DNA from: Salisapilia sapeloensis CBS 127946
Taxonomy: Eukaryota > Protista > Oomycota
Direction of reading: 5' to 3'
NCBI GenBank assembly: GCA_023334545.1
Contig: JAADVB010000089.1
Location: 1,534-65,533, forward strand
DNA length: 64,000 bases
The notes below the pieces were generated by a model. The model had not been told where the DNA came from. It was given only the letters and a program-made list of their open reading frames with translations, and searched no databases. This document shows, piece after piece, positions 55,319 through 64,000 of the stretch (positions are counted from its first letter, which is position 1; each line of letters opens with the position of its first letter). The position numbers and the translations under genes were made by a program.

Positions 55319-57118
55319 ATGCTGGTGCGAGGGATACTCCTACGTCCTGCAGTTCGATGGCGAACTCCTTGCACGATTCGAGCTGCCAGTGCTCTAAGCA
55401 CACATACACAATCTACTATCTTGGAAGAAAATGCTGAAAAGCTTGAGGAACACAGGTCTCGATGCCAGCCTCATGCCATGACGCCACCTCACCAGCACCA
55501 TAAGGCAGTAATAGCAAAAGTAAATGGATCTACCAATGCTACAGAAGTGAATGAATCTACAGAATCCATTCAAGAGTCTCCAATTAAACTTGCAGGGTCA
55601 ATTCCAGAGCAAGAAGCGCTTGATACAGCTCGAGACGGACTGAACAAGGTATGGGAAGACGCAAAAAAAGAGCAAGAGGACTTGGATCGTACGTTAAATC
55701 GCACTCGTACCTACCAGGCAAAAGAAAAGCAACGTATGAAAGCCTTGTCTCGATTATTGGACACGTATCTTCGCAATTTAAACGTCCGAAAACAATTTGA
55801 TGTCGTCGAAGCCGTCGCGTACTTATGGGAAGACGTCTTCCCTCAATTCAAAGGCAATTCCAGGCATTTAAAGGTACTTTGTGACAACTACGCTTGGGCG
55901 TTAAATCAGCAGAAACGCTTCCATCAGACTATCGACGTCTTTGTCACGAAGCATTTCGCACGCAATCATCCGTCTCGACCAATCTTCCTCTCTCGCAAGC
56001 TCTCCGACGCAGTCTTTCTCGCTTGTGGACACACTGGATCTTCGAAACAAGCCCTTGAGTTGTTACAAGCCCATCGACAACGAGAAACACCTCTCTCGAA
56101 CGTTGCATACTTCCATCTCATCCATACTTTGCTTCGAGACGATGACTTTATCGATCTCGACTTGGTCCTCTCTCTATGTACAGAGCTTCATGAACGAACG
56201 CAGGAAGGTATTCCACTATCTCTCGTTCCACTTGTCCTTCAGTCAGCAGCTGAAAGTGGCGCATTGAACAGGGCGATGGAGTTGTACGTTCATCCGCCAA
56301 ATGCGCGCTTAGATACATACTCTATCTTTCGTTTCGAAATCGCTTTACAGAAACTAACGGATCGTCGTTGCTTTCGACAAGTACTTGTCATCTACCAAAA
56401 GCTCATGCGTACTGTCCCAATGGACGTCCAGAAACGTATATCGAAAGACTTGTTAAACCGATGTAGCACGGACCTGGCACAACCATCCATCCTTTTCAAG
56501 ATCCTAGATGTCATGCAAGAGCATGGCGTACGAACGAATGCTACAAGCACCATTTCGCTCTTCAAAGCACTGTTCGAGCATCATCACTTTGCTTCAATCG
56601 ATGCTTTTGAAGCATTTGTCGAACAGTACGATCGTGTCTTTCGCATGAACTCTTTCCTTGTCTCGGAAGCTGCCATCGCGGCAGCTCAAGTCAAGGACAG
56701 TCAGATGGTGGAACAAGTACTAGGCTTTGCGTTGGAACGAGAGATCTTTATCAAATACGCAGCCTTAGAACAAGCCATCGCGTGCTTTTATAAACTCAAG
56801 ACGAACGATAGCATGGTTTTCGTAGCCGATATGGTCAAGTTCTTGCGTCGGAATCAACACATTCCACTTGGTGTCGCCGTGTGTGAGATGGGCATGATGG
56901 CCAATGCAGCTCTAGGTCGAGACCAAGAAGTCGTGCTCGTGTTTGAAGACTTTGCGTCGAGAGATGGGGAGAACCAACGTGTTGTCTATCGAAGTCGAAT
57001 GCTCGAACAGGCAGAACGGGCGTACATTCGTCTCAATCAACTAGAGGAAGCAAGTGCCGTTCGACAGCTTTTGAATCGTACGAAAGATGACGTCGTGTTG
57101 CCGGATGAAAGGAGGTAG
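55319..57118 (+). CDS. PPR-like helical repeat protein with predicted mitochondrial presequence
   Basis: R/S/T-rich N-terminus with no acidic residues (MLVRGILLRPAVRWRTPCTIRAASALSTH). PPR-like units such as DAVFLACGHTGSSKQALELLQAHRQRETPLSNVAYFHLIHTLLR. Confidence 0.65.
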   Translation: MLVRGILLRPAVRWRTPCTIRAASALSTHTQSTILEENAEKLEEHRSRCQPHAMTPPHQHHKAVIAKVNGSTNATEVNESTESIQESPIKLAGSIPEQEALDTARDGLNKVWEDAKKEQEDLDRTLNRTRTYQAKEKQRMKALSRLLDTYLRNLNVRKQFDVVEAVAYLWEDVFPQFKGNSRHLKVLCDNYAWALNQQKRFHQTIDVFVTKHFARNHPSRPIFLSRKLSDAVFLACGHTGSSKQALELLQAHRQRETPLSNVAYFHLIHTLLRDDDFIDLDLVLSLCTELHERTQEGIPLSLVPLVLQSAAESGALNRAMELYVHPPNARLDTYSIFRFEIALQKLTDRRCFRQVLVIYQKLMRTVPMDVQKRISKDLLNRCSTDLAQPSILFKILDVMQEHGVRTNATSTISLFKALFEHHHFASIDAFEAFVEQYDRVFRMNSFLVSEAAIAAAQVKDSQMVEQVLGFALEREIFIKYAALEQAIACFYKLKTNDSMVFVADMVKFLRRNQHIPLGVAVCEMGMMANAALGRDQEVVLVFEDFASRDGENQRVVYRSRMLEQAERAYIRLNQLEEASAVRQLLNRTKDDVVLPDERR

Positions 57119-57203
57119 TAATAGAGTCTGGTTTGTCAATCATCTTTTTCTACGTCTTGTGAGACCATGGGATCATCGTCTTCGTGTATTATTCTAAGAG
57201 AGG

Positions 57204-60200
57204 TTAGAGAAGGACGATAGTGTTATAAGAGCTAGAAAGAGACCGGTAGAAGAGTTGGAGTTGGTCAGGCGTCAAGATATCTTGTGTAATGCTGGATAAA
57301 TCTTGATATCTAAAGAGATGTAAGTGATAGGAAGAAGAGAAGGAGGTGACAAGATACGTCATGTGGAAAAGTGTGGAGAGAGGAGCTTTGTCGAGAAGGG
57401 ATTGGGCGGCGTAGTGGTTCATGGTTTGCGTCGATACGAGAAAGTGTTCATGGCGAGAGACATCGTCCTGGAGGAATGGACGCTCGTACCATACAGCCGG
57501 GAGGATCCGATACTTGTCGACTGCTTCATCAGCGCACTTGTCAATGATCGAACGGATACAAGTCGCTACTTCCTGTATCGTTGAGCTACACCACCTTGAT
57601 GTCAGTACGTTATAAGATAAAAGGATGGATATGTACCATAGGAAAGTGTGTATAGTGCTCTGGAAGCGTTGGAGAGCTTCATAGAAAGCACTTAACGTTT
57701 TCTCACTCGCAGTCGTTGTCTCTGCATCTACATCTATGATCAAAACAAGCACTTTTATATGATCGAGATGACCATGTACCGATGACGATCCAAAGAGATG
57801 CATATTCGATCTGTCTTGCCGCGAGATCGAATGTAAGTGACTTCATCATTTGCATATCTATCTATAACCTAAGCAAAGGATAGGAAGAATGCGGTAGCGA
57901 ATGGACCTTGAAAGCACGTGTGGTCTAGGATAGAGATTGCATTGCGTTCATCGACGGTAAAATCAATTGGAGACGGCAGATCCCGCTCGATGATGCTAAC
58001 GGCATACTCGGAATCCAAACTCTCCAACAGTTCATCCTACCTCATCGTCAGATCATGCCCTCATGTATCATTAGAATTGTTTTATACGTTTTGTAGGAAA
58101 CTCTCGGAGCAAATGATACGAACTGGTGTCAGCTCTTGCTTTGAAGACTCTTCTGGTGCTACAGAATACTCTTCTTCACGAGGTACTTGCTTCTCGCCAC
58201 CAAAGTGTCGATATAGACGCTCCAAGTCGATACTGTTCTCAGGACCGATGGATCGAATGTACTTGTCACTACACAATAGTCTCCAGATAAAATCCACGAC
58301 ATCTAGCTTAACGGATTTATCTGCTTTCTCCATGACAAACATAACCATCCTATAAACCATTAAACTAGAATATAAAGACACACGGATCATATCGAGAAGA
58401 AACCTTAGTAGATGGACCCATGACACTTGACGAAAGGTCATACACATCTCCACTAGCGCTTCTCTTGACTTGCCATTTGGATTCTCTTGAACCTTATTGA
58501 GGTCTCCGTGATACTGCATGATAATTATCTCCAACTTTTCCAACGACAAGTACCTCAACGCATCATTGATCGATGTCGAGTTTAACACTAACACTTTCTT
58601 CCGACGTAGATCCCACAATGCAGGCCGCACCAACTGCGACAGCAGTGCATATCGATCTGTATCAGCAAGACGCTGTGTCTTTCGAGGTGGAGCAAACACC
58701 TTAGTGTCCTCGAAAACAGTCAGGACGTCCTCCACGATACACGAAGTAGAAGGAAGACGCGTAGCTTTCATAGGAACTTTGCGACTTACTGTTTGCTCTC
58801 TAGAGCGATCAATTACATCTCTCGGTGTTTCGACAGCAATAGTACTGTCATCTGGATCCTCTGTCGTGGCATTTACGACTGATGTATGCTGCCAAAAGTC
58901 TTTTGCTCTTGCCATGACCTCGTGTGGTATCGTAAATAGACGATCTTGATACTGTTTTATAGCTTTCTTAACTTTCTCGACATGCCACATCGATGGAAAT
59001 GTCATCGTGACACCAGCTAAAGCAGATGAAGGAAGGATACAACCCTTTTGAATGTACATTTTAGCGACTCGGTGACTTTGCATCACGAATTTACTCGGTG
59101 CTTTCTCATGGAACATTTGATCGGACTTGAGGACAGATCGAGGAAGAAGGACGGATCGGAGCTGGATGGCGGTCAATTTACCTTCCTGTAGCTGAAGTTC
59201 TTGTAGAACGTTATATTCTTCCTCCCATGTCTCGAGTGAAGTAGGGAGGTGCTCTAGAAAGCTAGAAGAAAGTGGGCGTGATAAAAGTAACGCTGCCGTC
59301 TTCCGTATCATCTTTCGATATAATGCGACTGAGATGGTGGAAAGAGGGGATACGGGCGGATGCATGTCCATCGGTTCCATACGTAGAGGTCGTAACGCTG
59401 CGATAAAGGGTGCAGTCTTTGCATTCCTGTCAGAGGTATATAAAGCACAGAACTCCTGTATCTCATGGTACAGAGTGTCCTGGATGCTGTGCTTGGAGGA
59501 TGCCTGCAGCCACGCAAAGCTTGTCTCCTTATACTCTACCTTGTCTATCATATCTGCCGATTTGATAGGGTTGTTTGGTGCGTGCAACGAAGAGTTTATA
59601 TCTAAAGCTTGAGACCTTCTCATGACCGGCGGCATATCCAGTTCCTTTAGGTATGCAGGAGAACTCAAATCTGTAGATGATGCTACATCCATGCGAGTAT
59701 CCTGCTGACTTGTTTTTGCGTTTACGAGGCCAATAAACTCACTTTCCCAATTACTTTCGATGCATGTTAGTGCGACATCACTTGTACAATTGGTAGTAGA
59801 TGATAGATACCTGTTCCTGACATCAAGATTAAGACTTGACAAGTTAGGCATGTCCTTCATCAGCATTTCTAGTTTGCTTATAATCTGTAGACTGTCATTG
59901 TGGAGAGGAGAGCGTATATCTGCCAGCTTATCATGGTGATGGAAGTCGTTCCAATCTGCCTCTTGTAGAGCTATCTGTTCTGTTGGCGCATGATCTTTTT
60001 CCTGGATTAAATTATGCTTCTCGGAGTAATCAAAGGCTCCTAAAGGTGCTAATTGACGGTCTTCGTGCTGCTCAACGCATGCTCGAAGCCTTGTACCAAG
60101 CTTCTTTAAATCCACTGTGGAGTATACTTGGTCCCACCAAGATGCATCAGCCAGAGAACTGCTATAATTCTTCTCGCATTCATTGTAAAACACTTGAGGA

Positions 60201-60310
60201 GTCCAATCTCCTCTCATGTCAACTTGAAGCACTCGATGATAAGCAGCATCTCCATACAGCTTCTTTCTCTCAGCTCGTGCCTCTTGCACATATGCTACCA
60301 GGGAAACCAT
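57204..60310 (-). CDS. SHOC1: SHOC1/Zip2-like meiotic XPF-domain protein, at least 6 exons
   Basis: Exons 60310-58088, 58036-57907, 57857-57780, 57733-57637, 57594-57358 and 57309-57204 are phase-compatible. The C-terminus reads IICSESFLQNDELLESLDSEYAVSIIER...TVDERNAISIL...EYASLWIVI...EHFLVSTQTMNHYAAQSLLDKAPL, collinear with the XPF-like domain of SHOC1 as I recall it. The 5' end is uncertain. Confidence 0.72.
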
Positions 60311-60534
60311 CAGGTTATATCGGCTTCATATACACTACCTAAATACCACCGAGACAGAACGAACCTTTCATAGCATCCGCATAGCTGTCACTAGCTATAA
60401 ACGGCCACATCGGTATTCTTGTTCCTTTGCGTCCTTTTAACTTGATATTTGTATATAACTTCAACATATATGGAAGACATTTTCTAGTTACCATATAGGC
60501 GGAATGACAGCTTTATTGGTACTTACTACAGATC

Positions 60535-61401
60535 CTAATACCGTAGACTGTGCTTGACGATCTGAAGGACTTGAATTCGATAACCAAGATCATCATTTGT
60601 CTCGACTATCTTTCGTAGTCGATCGACGAGAGCCTGCTCTTGAAGCTGGGCTTGAGCGAATTGTAGACGGAGTGTACCACAGCGTTCATCCAGGCCTTGA
60701 CATCGGAAGAACCTTTCATTAAACTCTGTCTTGATTGTAGCGATCTCCACTTTAACGGCTGCCAATTCGGCGTACAATTCGTTGTCAAACTTTCGCGGTG
60801 ATTTGCGTGGAGAAGCCAAGTTTCGCATGGGTAGTATCAATCGAGTCTTGGCAATTTGTAGCTTAGGTGGGGAGCCTAGTGGAGTAGCAAAGCGCTTCGT
60901 CGCTTCCTGAATTAACGACTTTGTGTCATCGAGTTGTCGGATTGCGTTCTCTCTTGCACTTAGAAGATCTATCAGACGCTGCTCGAACGTCTCAATCTGC
61001 TTGTCGTACTCTACTCGTATCTCAACTGACTTATCTAGTTCCTCTTCCACAGCCATTCGCTGTCGTATACGTATTGATAGTTGGTCTCTTGCTTGTTCAT
61101 GCTCTTGGATAGCTTCCAGCCACTTGTAAAAGTCTTCCTGTTGCAAATCCCTGTAAGCACCATCAGCGTTGTTATCGACACCATCGCTTTGTAAAAAAGA
61201 TGGGATCTCTTTAGATGATCCTAGATCATCTATTGAACTTGATAGTAACCACTCTACAAATGGAGCAAATTGGTCTACTACAGGTGTCACGGAAGGCACC
61301 ATAGTCTGCCATTGTATCCGTTGGCAGAGCACTTCATCCAGTGTCAACGTTGGTGGCTGTAGGCTCAGTATGAGGTCACCAAATTCCTCGTCATCACTCA
61401 T
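60535..61401 (-). CDS. hypothetical coiled-coil protein
   Basis: Intronless ~288-aa ORF with long heptad-rich E/Q/L/R segments; start at ATG 61401 or 61413. Confidence 0.75.
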   Translation of the reverse strand: MSDDEEFGDLILSLQPPTLTLDEVLCQRIQWQTMVPSVTPVVDQFAPFVEWLLSSSIDDLGSSKEIPSFLQSDGVDNNADGAYRDLQQEDFYKWLEAIQEHEQARDQLSIRIRQRMAVEEELDKSVEIRVEYDKQIETFEQRLIDLLSARENAIRQLDDTKSLIQEATKRFATPLGSPPKLQIAKTRLILPMRNLASPRKSPRKFDNELYAELAAVKVEIATIKTEFNERFFRCQGLDERCGTLRLQFAQAQLQEQALVDRLRKIVETNDDLGYRIQVLQIVKHSLRY

Positions 61402-61588
61402 CACGTGCAGCATCTAGCGACATTGATCAGATGACAGTTATATTATCTACCGAACGGTTTCATCTTTCACTTATTATTAGTTGCAGCGTCATTAGATGTA
61501 TGCCTCATCATGCATGTACCAAGGTAATGTATACTAGTTTATCTGACTTCAAAAAGAGAGGATTGTTTCATTTCAACGAATACCTAGT

Positions 61589-62328
61589 CTACCTATTACG
61601 TTCATTCCTCATCTCTTGTATCGCCTGATACCGTCCAGTGTAGTATCCGGACTGATACCACGAAAGCAATAAAGTCGCTAGTTCATCATTCTGACCAGAT
61701 TGCTTCAACCCCGGTGTGTGTACGCCAGGCATGGCAGGCATTGGCATACCTGTCCCAAAGTTTGGTTGAGGTGGTGGTACAGTGGATTGCTGTTGAGTGA
61801 ATTGAGCTTGTAAATCGGCATAAGCTTGTGCGTACGCTCTTTGGTATGCTTCATCTTGAGGTGCACCACTAGCATGGGCTGCATCGAACTGATAGGTCTC
61901 AGTAACTTGGGCCTCTTCTTGACTTGCCTGAGCAAATTCTTTCGGTACATGAAATTCCAACGATTTCTTCTTGGCGTGCTTTGTGTTTTTAGCAGGCTTT
62001 TCGTTCTTTGGTGCTTTTGATCTACTGGTATCCGCTTAGAAACACGTAGCTATGTGGATAGACAGAAAAGATACGTTTGACGGCTAGTAGTACGCTGCTG
62101 ATCACGTAGTGCTTCATTAAAGGCCTATCAGTGGACACGAACATGAGTTGGAACACGCTGATATTGTATATGGATAGAGTGTACATTAACGATGGCCATA
62201 TCATCCCACTTTTCTTCCATGGGCACTTCTTCTTCATTAACTTCCATCTATGCAAACTTCATGAGCTTCATGTAGAAGATACAAGGGTACAGAGTCGTTA
62301 TAAAGGCGCGAAACCGTACCATGTTCAT
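61589..62328 (-). CDS. SMN: survival motor neuron (SMN)-like protein lacking a Tudor domain, 4 exons
   Basis: Introns 62319-62248, 62184-62125 and 62074-62022. Splicing creates WDDMAIVNAFNEAL (Gemin2-binding motif); the C-terminus has the YG box LLLSWYQSGYYTGRY. Confidence 0.9.
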
Positions 62329-62817
62329 GTTTCTCGTTTCGTGTCCAAATATGTATCTTCTTAGAACAACCTTCCAACAACCTTCACATCTGCTTCGCAG
62401 CTGCGAGACTTCCACCCACCATGATAGAATTTTTTTCTTGTAAAGACGAGCTACCTTGTATCGGAGGGAATGCAAGTTCTAGCTATGGCAGAGATCCACA
62501 TATAAGAAGATCACGATCCTCGACGATACTACCTCGATCGCGCCAGTTCTTCTTTTTTTCAAAATATTAAAGATAAGAGTGTTTGCACTCAGTTGAAGTG
62601 TCGTCCATACGTTTGTACCTTGCGCCTATCATCGAGGATGGAAGGGACGGGCCGTTCTATACGAAGATCAAGTTGAGTGAGTAACTGGATTCAGTGTAAA
62701 AAGTCAAAGACACGTTGGGCAGTCCGTTGGGCGACGAGGATAAAGTGAACCTGCTAACGATCCAGGCCACTCGTACTATTTACTCCCCAAAGAAACAGAC
62801 TACTCGCACGAGCAAGT

Positions 62818-64000
62818 ATGATGATAAAGCGCTTCGCTGTGGGAATTTTAGTCGCCATCACCCTCGCGACCACTCCGGCGCTAGCCCGAGAACAGAACGA
62901 TGCACAAGCAGATCAGCAGCCTGGAGGTGATTCTGAAAATCAGTCGCAACCTCTTAGTGAGGAAACGGCGAGTAAAAATGAACCAAATCAAGCAGGAAGC
63001 GAAACGAGTGGAAACAATAATAATAGTCCACTCGAACAACAGAATGGTTCTAGTAGTCTAACCACTGAGGGTAAATCTCCAGAACTCTCAGAGCCCTCTT
63101 ATCAAGACATTTATATCAATGGGGGAGGATGTGACAGCATAAACATTAATTCTGCCGACAAAGCAATCCAAGTCGTATGCACCAATAATGGGGCCACAAA
63201 CACCGACTTTCCGAAGAGTTTTAATGCCAACGACGACACAGGAGCAAAACTTAGCATTGAATACCCGACAACTATCTCTTTTGGTAATCTCTCCAGCACG
63301 AGCGAAAAAGCACTGTACGTGGCTTGATATATTTAAGTAATCGCACATAGAGAAGATCATTTTAACAATAACCGCACTATTTGTAGGTATATCAACGCGT
63401 ATGAAGGAAAAAGTCGTTTGAAGAGCTCCAAATTGGAACTACCGAATACTTATGAGATTCTGTATGTATCTAGAGATTTAAATCAAACTGGCATTTCTAA
63501 AATGCAAGCAGCCAACTCACTGTATAACCTACTAGAAAGCTTACTGGTGTTGATGCACCCAACGCGACCTTGAAACTCGTCGCGCCGAACTTAAAACTCC
63601 TGTAAGATCACATATTTTATCAAGATTTCAGTCCTTTTATTATAACGGTTCGCTAAAACACATTTCTGCCGCACAGAGAATTGCAAGGAACGAACATAGC
63701 AGAAGCAGTGCTTGAGGATTTTAACCAAAAGTCGTTGAATATGTATGCTCTTCATATTATTTGTATCATGCACGAAGCTCATCCTCTCTGACCTATTTTA
63801 ACAGAGCAACTTATGATGGCAATGACAATCCGAACACCTCTACTCTGGAGTGCACTCAGGACTCGAAAACTTTCAACGGGGTCACTTTTAAATGCGAAAA
63901 AGCTGAAGAAGCTGGAAGCAGCAATGATAGTGTGTCGTCCAGTTTGGGCAATTCGGCAGATGTGGGTGGTAGTAATGTTCCCTCGGACTCACGTAGTCAC
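62818..64000 (+). CDS. secreted/cell-surface LRR-like ectodomain protein, probably an oomycete receptor-like TKL kinase; runs off the window
   Basis: Signal peptide MMIKRFAVGILVAITLATTPALA, N/S/Q-rich linker, Cys cap. Four phase-2 introns separate short LRR-like exons (LKLTGVDAPNATLKLVAPNLKLL, ELQGTNI), followed by a Cys pair (ECTQDSKTFNGVTFKC) and an S-rich stalk. A kinase domain is not visible and is inferred only. Confidence 0.6.

Noticed and set aside
63462-63540. Apparent in-frame TAA in the terminal LRR-like gene, suggesting a pseudogene
   Set aside because: Using the downstream acceptor CTACTAG removes the stop and keeps the frame (LKLTGVDAPNATLKL).
1-64000. Prokaryotic features (operons, CRISPR array, defence systems), rRNA and tRNA genes
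   Set aside because: Genes have spliceosomal introns and eukaryote-specific products. By eye I found no repeat-spacer array, cloverleaf or rRNA-like segment; tRNAscan-SE and Infernal were not run.

Overview
Eukaryotic nuclear DNA, most likely from an oomycete (stramenopile). Supporting signs are short GT-AG introns (mostly 42-80 nt, donors GTACGT/GTACAT/GTATGT), an oomycete-type Inr/FPR core promoter, a FYVE-GAF fusion, a START-FYVE gene remnant, elicitin-like domains, TKL kinases and WRKY19-like Cys/His repeats. I can support about 35 protein-coding genes (two cut by the window edges) and one pseudogene; several had to be assembled by hand across introns because the ORF track splits or misses them. 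I see no rRNA, tRNA, CRISPR array or intact transposon. Most of the window is a very compact housekeeping block. The stretch at about 4.7-15.3 kb is gene-sparse and intronless, and holds secreted or host-facing genes (CYP450, tandem elicitin-like protein, DUF4874/DUF4832 protein) between two paralogous 3-TM SemiSWEET-like genes. Best leads: (1) an Orai-family channel whose hallmark pore charges are all altered, lying 1.5 kb from a six-module NCS/CBL-like EF-hand protein; (2) a cryptic six-exon SHOC1/Zip2-like meiotic crossover gene; (3) half-size SemiSWEET-like transporters without the canonical sugar-binding residues; (4) a 9-nt microexon needed to build a FYVE finger; (5) a small Tim protein that has lost both outer cysteines. 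Comparisons with reference proteins are from recalled sequences, not database searches, and need confirming.
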